A stretch of 62,166 nt of DNA, filler included, from Thermodesulfobacteriota bacterium (GTDB lineage Bacteria; DASVDK01), in assembly GCA_036381125.1 (NCBI GenBank). It is 5 parts of 5 records of this genome, joined end to end, with 100 filler letters (N's around TTAATTAATTAA, not from the genome) between each part and the next. Parts side by side here need not be neighbours in the genome. Positions count along the whole stretch, not along the records: positions 1 to 17,773 come from DASVDK010000285.1; 4 more parts are not named here. One strand, written 5' to 3'. The position numbers were made by a program, and so were the translations under genes. Below the pieces are notes generated by a model. The model was not told the origin of the DNA. It saw nothing but the letters and a program-made list of their open reading frames with translations, and ran no database searches. Below, piece after piece: positions 1 through 11,051 of the stretch; the first letter of the stretch is position 1; every line of letters begins with the position of its first letter.

Positions 1-52
1 GTACATGGCGTGCAGGGTAGCAACTCGAGCCGACTTGGAGTACAACGCTCCC

Positions 53-1189
53 ATGTCGATCGCCGGTTCGGCCACAGCCGCGGGGACGACCCGCTACCGA
101 GACCGGCTCGCGTCGCAGGTCGCCGCGGGCCACTTCCGCGAGGCCCCGGGGCTCGACGGGGTGCTCGCCTCGTCGGTCGGCCTCGGCTCCTACCTCGGAA
201 CCGACACGGCGGAAGACGACGAATGCTATCGCGCCGCCACCCTGCGGGTCCTCGAGCTGGGGGTGAACGTCCTCGACGCCGCCATCAACTACCGCAGCCA
301 GCGGAGCGAGCGCGCGCTCGGCCAGGGGCTGGCCGACGCGGTGGCCGGCGGCGGCGTCACGCGGGACGAGGTCGTGGTCGCCACCAAGGGCGGCTTCCTC
401 TCCTTCGACGGCAGGCCCCCGGCCGACCCGGCGGCCGACTTCGAGCGGCGATACGTGAAGCCCGGCATCGCGAGGCCCGAGGACGTCGTCGGCGGCTGCC
501 ACATCATGACCCCCCGCTACCTGCGACACGAGATCGAGACGTCCCGCCGCAACCTCGGCGTCGACACCATCGACATCTACTACGTGCACAACCCGGAGAC
601 CCAGCTCCCGGTCGTCGGCCTCGCGGAGTTCGAGCGACGGCTCACCGCCGCCTTCGGCGCCCTGGAGGAGGCGGTGGCCGATGGCCACATCCGCGCGTAC
701 GGCACCGCCACGTGGAACGGGTACCGGCAGTCGCCCGACAGCCGGGACTACCTCTCGCTCGAACGCGTCCTCGCCTGCGCGCGGGCGGCTGGCGGCGACC
801 GGCACCACTTCCGCGCGGTGCAGCTCCCCTACAACCTCGCGATGCCCGAGGCGCTGGCCCTCGAGAACCAGGCGGTCGGCGACGAGCGCACCTCGCTCCT
901 GGTGGCGGCCGCGCACTTCGGCCTGACGGTCATGGCGAGCGCGTCGATCTACCAGGGCAACCTCGCCCGCCGCCTCCCCCCGTTCATCGCGCAGGCCCTG
1001 CCGGGCCTCTCGACCGACGCGCAGCGGGCCATCCAGTTCGTCCGCTCGACGCCCGGCGTCGTGACCGCCCTGGTGGGGATGAAGAGCCTCGCGCACGTCG
1101 AGGAGAACCTCGGCGTCCTGCGCGTCCCGCCCGCGACGCAGGAGCAGCTCGCCCGCCTTCTCTCGGGCGGCCGCGAACGGAGCGCTTGA
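53..1189 (+). CDS. aldo/keto reductase family oxidoreductase
   Basis: GLGSYLG, LDAAINYR, VATKGG, IDIYYVHNPE, VQLPYNL and TALVGM motifs of the AKR fold; ATG at 53 follows TACAAC. Confidence 0.9.
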   Translation: MSIAGSATAAGTTRYRDRLASQVAAGHFREAPGLDGVLASSVGLGSYLGTDTAEDDECYRAATLRVLELGVNVLDAAINYRSQRSERALGQGLADAVAGGGVTRDEVVVATKGGFLSFDGRPPADPAADFERRYVKPGIARPEDVVGGCHIMTPRYLRHEIETSRRNLGVDTIDIYYVHNPETQLPVVGLAEFERRLTAAFGALEEAVADGHIRAYGTATWNGYRQSPDSRDYLSLERVLACARAAGGDRHHFRAVQLPYNLAMPEALALENQAVGDERTSLLVAAAHFGLTVMASASIYQGNLARRLPPFIAQALPGLSTDAQRAIQFVRSTPGVVTALVGMKSLAHVEENLGVLRVPPATQEQLARLLSGGRERSA

Positions 1190-1199
1190 CTCCCGAGCG

Positions 1200-1381
1200 G
1201 GCAAGGTCCTCGTGCCCGGGCGCGTCGTCGAGAACCCGCAGACGCGGCTGCAGCTTCCCGGCCGCCGGTGGGCGAGATCGAGGTCGTCGGCTTCTTCGGC
1301 GACTCCGAGACCAGCGAGGAGGCCATCTGCCGCGTGGTGAGCCGCGTCGTCCCCACCCCGGACCACGGCATCCAGTTCTAG
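1200..1381 (+). pseudogene. frameshifted coding remnant (GKVLVPGRVVENPQTRLQLPG / VGEIEVVGFFGDSETSEEAICRVV...IQF*)
   Basis: two consecutive coding-like segments in different frames ending at TAG 1379-1381; no start codon or RBS. Confidence 0.35.
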
Positions 1382-1457
1382 CCGCGCCGGGCCCCGGGCC
1401 GGGCGGCGCCCGCCGCCAGTCCGGGGTGGCGCGTCGAGTTCAGGAGAGCACACCGCG

Positions 1458-1793
1458 ATGATCGGGCGCCTTCTCCTGGTCGCGACGCTGCTCCTCGTCG
1501 CGACCGGCTGCTCCATGCGGCAGACGAGCAACGTGGATCAGGCCCGCAACGAAGGCTACGTGCAGGTCGTCGGCGGCACCGGGGAGGACCGGATCCTCCT
1601 CGACGGCAAGCCGGTCGGGACCGGGGCCGACTACGCCCACGACCGCCTCCTCGCCGTCACCCCGGGGCCGCACCTGATCGAGGTGCTGCGCGGCAGCTCG
1701 GTGATCCGGCAGGAGCGCGTCTACATCGGCGCCGGGACCACGACGCCTTCTTCGCGCGCCACGCACGCTCCATCCTCGTCGTCCCGCCGATGA
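1458..1793 (+). CDS. small lipoprotein, PEGA-like domain
   Basis: RBS CAGGAG; signal peptide with lipobox ATGC; ILLDGKPVG...VTPGPHLIEV pattern. Confidence 0.7.
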   Translation: MIGRLLLVATLLLVATGCSMRQTSNVDQARNEGYVQVVGGTGEDRILLDGKPVGTGADYAHDRLLAVTPGPHLIEVLRGSSVIRQERVYIGAGTTTPSSRATHAPSSSSRR

Positions 1794-1876
1794 ACCGCAC
1801 GACTGTTTTCCATGGGGTCAGGTCTTTCCATTTTCCAAGCCCCTCGGCCGGCCCGCCGGAGCCCGGCGCCTGGCGC

Positions 1877-1905
1877 TTGACGCCTGAACATGCGTGCCCT
1901 AACAT
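1877..1905 (+). promoter_or_regulatory. sigma70-type promoter with SOS-box-like site in the spacer
   Basis: TTGACG-N17-TAACAT; GAAC-ATGC-GTGC at 1886-1897 is one mismatch from GAAC-N4-GTTC. Confidence 0.6.
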
Positions 1906-1910
1906 GGGGC

Positions 1911-3254
1911 ATGCGCGGGCTCGACCTCGAGGCGAAGCTCCAGGTCCTGTCGGCGTCGGCGGTCGAGGACGTCGAGCCCTCCCCGGCCCCGCCCAGGCCG
2001 GCGCCCATCCGTGACGCGGTACCCAGCTTCGGGCAGAAGGTCCGCCTGCCGGCCGCCACGCGGGCCACCGCCACCCCGGGCGTCGTGCAGGTCCAGACCC
2101 CGGGCGGGACGGTCCCCCTCATGCGCGTCATGGTCACCAACGCCTGCTCGCTCGGCTGCCGCTACTGCGCCACCCGATGCGGTCGGCGGATCCGGCGCAC
2201 GGCGGTCACGCCCGAGGAGATCGCCCGTACCTTCCTCGACCTCCACCGCCGGGGGAAGGCGACCGGGCTCTTCCTGACCTCCGGCATCCCGGGCCGCGCC
2301 GTCGCGGCGCAGGACCGCCTCCTCGCCGCGGCCGAGATCCTCCGCGAGCGGTACGGCTACCGGGGGTACCTCCACCTCAAGCTCATGCCCGGGGCCGAGC
2401 CGGCGCAGATCGAGCGGGCCGTGGCGCTCGCCTCGCGCGTGTCGATCAACCTCGAGGCGCCGACCGCGGCGAGCCTGTCGGCGCTCGCGCCCGACAAGGG
2501 GCTCGACCGCGACCTGCTCCCGACGCTCGTCCGCGCAGGCCGCCTCGCGCGCGAGGCGCGCCTCGCGCGGGCCGAGGCGGCCAGGCACGCCTCGGCGCAG
2601 GCGCTCGCGCGACTGCGAGACCCGGAGCGCCGGCCGGCCGGCGGCGCGCCCTCCGGCGTGACGACGCAGTTCGTCGTGGGCGCGGCGGGAGAGCGCGATC
2701 GCGACACGCTCGGCCTGGTGAGCCGGCTCGTTCGGCAGGGGCTCCTCCACCACGCCCACTTCAGCCCGTTCGTCCCGGTCCGCGACACCCCCATGGAGGG
2801 GGACCCGCCGGCTCCGGAACGCCGGGCGCTCAGGCTCTACCAGTCGGAACGGCTCCTGCGGGAGTACGGCTTCGCCTTCGACGACCTCCCCTTCGACCCC
2901 GAGGGCAACCTCCCCCTCGACGCCGACCCGAAGCTCGCCTGGGCGCTGGCGCACCCCGAGCGCTTCCCGGTCGCGCTCGAGACGGCCAGCCGGGAGGAGC
3001 TGCTCCGCGTGCCGGGCATCGGCCCGCGCGCGGCGGCGCGTCTCGTCGAGGCGCGCGGAACGACCGTGCTGCGCGGCGCGGCCGACCTCGCCGCCGCCGG
3101 CGCGGCCGCCTCGCGCGCGGCGCCGTTCCTGACGCTGCGCGGGCGGCTCCTGGGGCACCGCGATTCGGCGGTGCAGCTCACCCTCTGGCCGGGCGGCCGC
3201 CCTACGTTCGCCTACCCCATCGAGACCAGCACGTCGCCCTGCGCGTATCGCTGA
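1911..3254 (+). CDS. putative DNA modification/repair radical SAM protein with helix-hairpin-helix
   Basis: CxxxCxxC (CSLGCRYC), GLFLTSG, YRGYLHLK, SINLEAP, RLYQSERLLREYGF, DPKLAWAL, LLRVPGIG. Confidence 0.9.
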   Translation: MRGLDLEAKLQVLSASAVEDVEPSPAPPRPAPIRDAVPSFGQKVRLPAATRATATPGVVQVQTPGGTVPLMRVMVTNACSLGCRYCATRCGRRIRRTAVTPEEIARTFLDLHRRGKATGLFLTSGIPGRAVAAQDRLLAAAEILRERYGYRGYLHLKLMPGAEPAQIERAVALASRVSINLEAPTAASLSALAPDKGLDRDLLPTLVRAGRLAREARLARAEAARHASAQALARLRDPERRPAGGAPSGVTTQFVVGAAGERDRDTLGLVSRLVRQGLLHHAHFSPFVPVRDTPMEGDPPAPERRALRLYQSERLLREYGFAFDDLPFDPEGNLPLDADPKLAWALAHPERFPVALETASREELLRVPGIGPRAAARLVEARGTTVLRGAADLAAAGAAASRAAPFLTLRGRLLGHRDSAVQLTLWPGGRPTFAYPIETSTSPCAYR

Positions 3255-3280
3255 GGGCCGCAGCCGAGCCGGCCCGCGCC

Positions 3281-3691
3281 TCACTCTACCGGCATCCCCT
3301 GGGCGACCGGTGCGGCCAGGAGGTCCTGGAGGAAACGTTCGAGGTCGCGCGCCGAGCTGCCGTCGAGGCCGACGAACTCGAGCCCCATGCCCCCCGGCAG
3401 GTCGGGCGCGCGAGGCGCCTGTGGGTCGTTCACCCAGCGCACCCGCGCCGAGGCGACGATCGGCCTCGCCCCGGTCGGAAGCGGCAGGTAGAACGTCACC
3501 CTGAGCGCCGTCCCGACCGGCAGGCGCATGCGGCTCGCGGCGAACATGCCGCGCGCGCTCAGGTTGGCCACCGACCCGACCTCGCGCCGTTCCGCCGAGC
3601 CGACCTCGATCGTCACGGGGAAGTCGACCGGCAGGCGGTGTCGAAGCGACTCGGGTACCCGGTCTCGTTCCTGAACGGCGGCATTCGGCAT
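3281..3691 (-). CDS. PilZ domain protein
   Basis: RHRLPV...NLSARGMF...ARVRWV...GMGLEF. Confidence 0.8.
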   Translation of the reverse strand: MPNAAVQERDRVPESLRHRLPVDFPVTIEVGSAERREVGSVANLSARGMFAASRMRLPVGTALRVTFYLPLPTGARPIVASARVRWVNDPQAPRAPDLPGGMGLEFVGLDGSSARDLERFLQDLLAAPVAQGMPVE

Positions 3692-3735
3692 ACGGCACCC
3701 TCCCGCGGCGGCCGTGGGGATCGCGGCCGGATCGG

Positions 3736-3751
3736 AGCAGGAAGGGTGCCA
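3736..3751 (-). promoter_or_regulatory. sigma54 (-24/-12) promoter of the PilZ gene
   Basis: minus strand TGGCACCCTTCCTGCT, GG-N10-GC. Confidence 0.65.
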
Positions 3752-3888
3752 GCCACGGCGCGCGCCCGGATGCGTGTGCAGCGGCGGTTCCGGTGGGAAT
3801 CGAGGCGCCGGCCCCCGGGGTGCGACGGAGGGTTCAGCCGGCCGGGGGCGGCGGTGACGCGCCGCGCGGCACCATCAACGGCTCGCGG

Positions 3889-5997
<2,109 letters not shown>

Positions 5998-6457
5998 GTC
6001 CCGCTCCTTCACGTCGGCCAGTCAGCCTCGAGGACGACCGATTCGGCGGTGCGTGTAGCGTACCGCCCGCGATTTCCCGGGCAGTTCCCCACACGAAGAC
6101 CAGACTCGACACCGGCCAGGAACCGCTCGCGCGAGGCGGCCAGCGTCACCTCCGTCCCGCTGGAGTGCACGCGAGAGGGTGCCGAGCGGCTCACCGCACG
6201 GGAGTCGGAGTACGGCTTCCCGCTTCCACCCGGTCGAGGTCTGAACGGTTCGGGCCGCGCGAGACCGGCGACGGCTACGAGACCGGGTCGGACGGCCTCG
6301 CGTCTTACAGCGGGCGGGCGGCCGACGCCCAACTCGGTTCGAACCGAGCTCGCACGGGTCCCGGCACCCCGCCCGATCGGTGCGCAAGACCTCGCACGGG
6401 GCCGCGACACGAAGCCCCACCCGCCGGTTCCCGACACGCTCCAAGCCAATGGAGACC

Positions 6458-6478
6458 GCTCACGAACGGGTTGTGAGC
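6458..6478 (-). terminator. hairpin downstream of the MFS gene
   Basis: GCTCAC...GTGAGC inverted repeat just after the stop codon; no U-tract. Confidence 0.3.
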
Positions 6479-6491
6479 ATCCGCATTCGCC

Positions 6492-7817
6492 TTACGCCCG
6501 TGCCGCCGCCGGCGCGCCGGCCGGCGCGCGCTCGCCCGGCTCGGCCTGCCCCGTCGGCAATCCCGTGGCCGCGTTCGGCACGAGGAGCGCCATGACCGCC
6601 GCGGCCATGGCGAGGAGCGCGGCCGAGAGCCAGGTGAACGTGTAGGTGCCGAAGAGGTCGTACGTGAAGCCGCCGAGTGCGGCGCCGAGCGCCGCGCCGA
6701 TCTGGTGCGCGAGCGAGATGACGCCGAAGATCGCGCCCACCGACCGGCGGCCGAAGAGGTTCGCCGTCATGGCGGCGGTCGGCGGGACGGTGGCGATGTA
6801 GTTGAGACCGAAGAGGACGGCCCAGGCGTCGAGGACCGCGATGTTCGGGATCCAGAGGAGGATGAGGAGCGCGAGCCCGCGGAAGAAGTAGAAGAACGCC
6901 AGCGGGCGCTTGTGCCCGAGCCGGTCGCAGAACCAGCCCGACAGCATGGTCCCCACGATGTTCATGCCGCCCATGAGGAAGAGCGCCAGCTCGGTCTGGG
7001 CGGCGGTGAAGCCCTGGCGGGTGGCGTGCGGGAAGAGGTGCGTGCCGACGACGCCGAAGCTCGTGTAGCCGCAGACGAAGAACGACCCGGCGAGGAGCCA
7101 GAACCCGGCGGTCCGCATCGCCGCGCCGACGGTCGTCAGCCGCGCGTCGGCCGCCGCGGCCGCCGCGGACCTCGGCGCGCCGTCGTCGCCGTGCGGCCTG
7201 AGGCCGACGTCGGCCGGGTCGCTGCGGATCAGCCAGGCGGCGAGCGGCAGCACCACCGCGAGCATGGCGAGCCCCATGACCAGGTTCGCGGTGCGCCAGT
7301 CGGCCAGCCGGGTGAGCGTCCCGGCGATGGGGTACGCGAGCGAGATCCCGGCCGCCGCGCCCGCGCCGGCGATGGAGACGACCAGGGCGCGCCGGTCGGT
7401 GAACCAGCGGGCGGCGATCGTGGTGCCGACCGTGATCGACGCCGCGCCGGCGCCCGTGCCGACCAGCGCCACGGCCGCCGCGGTGAAGACCCAGAGGCTC
7501 GACGTGCGGGACATGACCACCGCCCCGAGGCCGCAGAGCGCGACGGCGGCCGTGAGGACGACGCGCGGGCCGAACCGGTCGGCGTACCGGCCGGCCACCG
7601 GCTGCGAGAGCCCGTAGGCGAGGATCGACCCCGACGTGACGTACGACAGCGTGGCCAGACTCCAGCCGAGTTCCTCGCCGATCGGATCGAAGAAGCGGGG
7701 CAGGACGGCACGGACCGCCGCGCCGACGAGGATCACGAGGAACATGGCGCCGGCCACGATCCAGCCGTAGTGGACCCGTCCTACGCCGTCGAAGTGGCTC
7801 CATGCCCTGGTCGTCAC
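6492..7817 (-). CDS. MFS transporter
   Basis: about 12 hydrophobic segments; GRYADRFGPR and GWFCDRLGHK motif A. Confidence 0.9.
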   Translation of the reverse strand: MTTRAWSHFDGVGRVHYGWIVAGAMFLVILVGAAVRAVLPRFFDPIGEELGWSLATLSYVTSGSILAYGLSQPVAGRYADRFGPRVVLTAAVALCGLGAVVMSRTSSLWVFTAAAVALVGTGAGAASITVGTTIAARWFTDRRALVVSIAGAGAAAGISLAYPIAGTLTRLADWRTANLVMGLAMLAVVLPLAAWLIRSDPADVGLRPHGDDGAPRSAAAAAADARLTTVGAAMRTAGFWLLAGSFFVCGYTSFGVVGTHLFPHATRQGFTAAQTELALFLMGGMNIVGTMLSGWFCDRLGHKRPLAFFYFFRGLALLILLWIPNIAVLDAWAVLFGLNYIATVPPTAAMTANLFGRRSVGAIFGVISLAHQIGAALGAALGGFTYDLFGTYTFTWLSAALLAMAAAVMALLVPNAATGLPTGQAEPGERAPAGAPAAARA

Positions 7818-7840
7818 GCCGACTCCCCCCTGACGCGTCG

Positions 7841-7869
7841 AGGCTAGAGGATGCGCCGCGCGGGGTCAA
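7841..7869 (-). promoter_or_regulatory. sigma70-type promoter of the MFS gene
   Basis: TTGACC-N17-TAGCCT. Confidence 0.55.
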
Positions 7870-8210
7870 GCGGGTGCGCCACGCGACGGGAGCGAAGACG
7901 GCGGCGGCCCGGCGTCTCCCCGGCACGAGCGTGGGCGCGTGCATCGGGGCGACAGTGTCCCGGACGCGGCCAGAGGTGGGCGGCGCCTCCCGGCGCTTCG
8001 ACCTCGAGGGTCAGATCTCACGGTGCCTCGCCGCCGGTCCGGCCTTTGCCGGCGACGATCTCGAGGACCTGAACCTCGATACCTCGCGGTCCTCACGAAG
8101 GAGCTGCACACCGTGCTCGCAGAGATGCCCGGCGTACTCGCCGGCGCGCGTGCGGCCGGTGCTCGCGCTGCCGCCGGCGGTCGGCGAGCGCGGGGCGGCG
8201 TGGGCCCTCG

Positions 8211-8717
8211 CTAGAGGGTCGGGGCGAGGCGGGCCATCCGCCGAGGCCCGAACCGGGCGGGGCCGGTCCGGCCGCGCCGGCCGCTCGACCGGTAGCGCCA
8301 GAGCGCCAGGACCGCGCCGGCGACGAGCGCGCCGGTCGCGAGCCGACCGCCGTACGCCTCGACACGGTCGGCGGCCAGCAGGAGGAGCCAGCGGCGGGCG
8401 CGGTGCTCGGGGACGCGGTAGGCCACGCGCCGGATGGCGCCCGGCAGGCCTCGCGGCGGCTGCGCCGTGCCGAAGACCGGCGTGAGCTGCCCGAGCTCCA
8501 TCCTGACGAGGTGAGGCTGCGGCGCCTGGCGCTCCGGCTCGTCCCAGTGCGCCTCTCCCACCGGAGCCGGCGTCCGCGCCAGCGGTACGCCGGGCCGGTT
8601 CTTCGGATCGAGGTCGGCGCCCCAGCCCGCGATCTCGGGATGGGCGTGGAGGTGCTGCGGCTGCGCAGCGCCCGGATCGGCCGCCTTCCGCTGATCGCTC
8701 CCCTTCCGCTTCGCCAT
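8211..8717 (-). CDS. conserved hypothetical protein coupled to the Zn-ADH
   Basis: GWGADLDPKNRPGVP, TPVFGTAQPPRGL, WLLLLAADRV; C-terminal hydrophobic segment; starts 2 nt after the ADH stop. Confidence 0.7.
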   Translation of the reverse strand: MAKRKGSDQRKAADPGAAQPQHLHAHPEIAGWGADLDPKNRPGVPLARTPAPVGEAHWDEPERQAPQPHLVRMELGQLTPVFGTAQPPRGLPGAIRRVAYRVPEHRARRWLLLLAADRVEAYGGRLATGALVAGAVLALWRYRSSGRRGRTGPARFGPRRMARLAPTL

Positions 8718-8719
8718 CC

Positions 8720-10006
8720 CTACGGCGCCTCCTTCAACGGCTCGCGGCCGGCGTCCGCTCCGCGCGGGGCAAGCCCGCGCTCCGCTCCACGCGAGCCTTC
8801 GGCTCGCTCGGACCGGGGGCCGCTCGCCTCTGCGGCCGCTCTCGCGGCCGCCTGCAACGGCTCGGCCTCCGGGAGGAGGACGCACTTCACGCAGCCGTCC
8901 TCCTTGCGCTCGAAGATGCGGTACGCCTCGGGCGCCCGGTCGAGCGGGAACCGATGGGTGATGATCGCCTTCGCGTCGACGCGCCCCGCGCGGATGTGCT
9001 CGAGCAGGTGCGGCATGTAGCGCTTGACGTTGCACTGCCCCATGCGGAGCGTGAGGTTCTTGTTCATGGCGGTGCCGATGGGGACGAGGTTGAAGGGCGG
9101 CCCGTAGACGCCGATGATCGAGACGTGACCGCCCTTGCGGGTCGCGTGGACGGCCCACTCGATGGCGGTCGGCGCCCCGGCCTCGAGGAAGAGCCCCATG
9201 CCGAGCGCGGTGTGGAGCCACGAGCCGTCCGCCTCGAGGCCGACGGCGTCGATCGAGACGTCCGCCCCGCGGCCGGCCGTCATATCCTTGAGGTGCAGGA
9301 CGACGTCGTCCACCTCGCGGAAGTTCAACGTCTCCACCTGCGCGAAGCGGCGGGCGAACTCGAGTCGATAGTCGACGTGGTCCACCACGATGACCCGTCC
9401 GGCGCCCAGGAGCCACGCCGAGCGCGCCGCGAACAGGCCGACCGGCCCCGCGCCGAAGACGACGACCGTGTCGCCCGCCTGGATGCCGCCCATCTCCGCC
9501 GCCTGGTACCCGGTCGGGAAGACGTCGGAGAGGAAGAGGACGTCCTCGTCGGACATGTCCTCGGGGATCTTCATCGGCCCCACGTCGGCGAACGGGACGC
9601 GTACGTATTCGGCCTGCCCCCCGTCGTAGCCGCCCGTGGTGTGCGAGTAGCCGAAGACGCCCGAGGCGATCTCGCTGTTCGGGTTCGTGTTCTCGCAGAG
9701 ACCGGTGAGGCCCCGCGAGCAGAAGAAGCACGTGCCGCAGGAGATGTTGAACGGCACGACGACGCGGTCGCCCTTGCGCAGCGAACGCACCGACCCACCG
9801 ATCTCCTCGACGACGCCGGTGAACTCGTGTCCGAAGGTGTGCCCCCTGCGGGTGTCGGGCACCAGGCCGTGGTAGAGGTGCAGGTCCGAGCCGCAAATGG
9901 CCGTGCGGGTCACCCGGAGGACCACGTCGTTCGGGTGTTCGATGCGCGGAGTCGGCTTCGCGGACACGCGCAGCCGGTAGGGGCCCTCGTAGGTCACGGC
10001 GCGCAT
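8720..10006 (-). CDS. zinc-dependent alcohol dehydrogenase (formaldehyde dehydrogenase-like)
   Basis: ICGSDLH, GHEFTG, CGTCFFC..C, GAGPVG. Confidence 0.92.
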   Translation of the reverse strand: MRAVTYEGPYRLRVSAKPTPRIEHPNDVVLRVTRTAICGSDLHLYHGLVPDTRRGHTFGHEFTGVVEEIGGSVRSLRKGDRVVVPFNISCGTCFFCSRGLTGLCENTNPNSEIASGVFGYSHTTGGYDGGQAEYVRVPFADVGPMKIPEDMSDEDVLFLSDVFPTGYQAAEMGGIQAGDTVVVFGAGPVGLFAARSAWLLGAGRVIVVDHVDYRLEFARRFAQVETLNFREVDDVVLHLKDMTAGRGADVSIDAVGLEADGSWLHTALGMGLFLEAGAPTAIEWAVHATRKGGHVSIIGVYGPPFNLVPIGTAMNKNLTLRMGQCNVKRYMPHLLEHIRAGRVDAKAIITHRFPLDRAPEAYRIFERKEDGCVKCVLLPEAEPLQAAARAAAEASGPRSERAEGSRGAERGLAPRGADAGREPLKEAP

Positions 10007-10073
10007 GGCACCCGGCGCTTGCAGGAGCCGTGCACAACGCCGGCCCGCCTTTCCCTTCCCGAGCGGCCGGGGC

Positions 10074-10090
10074 CCGGCCCCGTCCTTGCA
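10074..10090 (+). promoter_or_regulatory. sigma54 promoter of the SDR gene
   Basis: CGGCCCCGTCCTTGCA, GG-N10-GC; RBS GGAGGAGG downstream. Confidence 0.55.
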
Positions 10091-10116
10091 TCGGTCGCCC
10101 GTGGAGGAGGTTCGTC

Positions 10117-10980
10117 ATGGCCGGCCAGCAGAAGCGCGGACAGCCGCCCCAGCACCAGGAGCACCGGCCGGGGCGCGAGAGCGAGATGCGCCCGAAGCCC
10201 CGCGCCGAGGACCCGGGCTACCGCGGAAGCGGCAAGCTCGCGGGCAAGGTGGCGCTCGTCACCGGAGGGGACAGCGGCATCGGCCGGGCGGTGGCCATCG
10301 CCTTCGCGCGCGAGGGGGCGGACCTCTCCGCCGTCTACCTCGAGGAGCACCGGGACGCCGAGGAGACGAAGCGGCTGGTGGAGGCCGAAGGCCGCCGCTG
10401 CCTGCTCGTGCCGGGGGACGTCGGGGACGAGGCCTTCTGCCGTCGAGCCGTCGAGCGGACCGTCGGCGAGTTCGGCCGGCTCGACGTCCTCGTCAACAAC
10501 GCGGCCGAGCAGCACCCGCAGCCGAGCATCGAGCACGTCCGCGAGGAGCAGCTCGTGCGGACCTTCCGGACGAACATCTTCGCGATGTTCTTCCTGACCA
10601 GGGCCGCGCTGCAACACCTCGGTCCCGGGTCGGCCATCGTCAACACGACGTCCGTCACCGCCTACAAGGGCAACCCGATGCTCCTCGACTACTCGTCGAC
10701 CAAGGGCGCCATCGTGGCGTTCACGCGCTCGCTCTCGCTGGCGCTGGCCGAGAAGGGGATCCGGGTGAACGGCGTCGCGCCCGGCCCCATCTGGACGCCG
10801 CTCATCCCCTCCACGTACCCGCCCGACAAGGTGGCGAGCTTCGGGACGGACGTTCCGCTCGGGCGGGCAGGTCAGCCCGAGGAGGTGGCGCCGAGCTACG
10901 TCTTCCTCGCCTCCGACGACGCCTCGTACATGACCGGGCAGATCCTGCACCCGAACGGCGGCACCATCGTCAACAGCTAG
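10117..10980 (+). CDS. SDR oxidoreductase, general stress protein type (YhxC/YdaD/YghA-like)
   Basis: PPQHQ..PGRESEM.PKP, TGGDSGIG, NNAAEQ, YSSTK, GQILHPNGG. Confidence 0.92.
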   Translation: MAGQQKRGQPPQHQEHRPGRESEMRPKPRAEDPGYRGSGKLAGKVALVTGGDSGIGRAVAIAFAREGADLSAVYLEEHRDAEETKRLVEAEGRRCLLVPGDVGDEAFCRRAVERTVGEFGRLDVLVNNAAEQHPQPSIEHVREEQLVRTFRTNIFAMFFLTRAALQHLGPGSAIVNTTSVTAYKGNPMLLDYSSTKGAIVAFTRSLSLALAEKGIRVNGVAPGPIWTPLIPSTYPPDKVASFGTDVPLGRAGQPEEVAPSYVFLASDDASYMTGQILHPNGGTIVNS

Positions 10981-11051
10981 CCGGGGTCGGGCCTCGCGGT
11001 TCCCCGACTGGAAAACGGAAAGACCTGACCCCCGCTGGTCGCGTGGCGGGC

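Noticed and set aside
6331-6350. GGTTCGAACC resembling a tRNA T-loop
   Set aside because: No acceptor, D or anticodon arms can be built around it
7950-8210. Coding-like fragments (FDLEGQISRCL.../YLAVLTKELHTVLAEM)
   Set aside because: Short, frameshifted and of no recognisable family; cannot be supported as a feature
10006-10023. TGGCAC...TTGCA as a plus-strand sigma54 site
   Set aside because: GG to GC spacing is 12 nt, not the required 10
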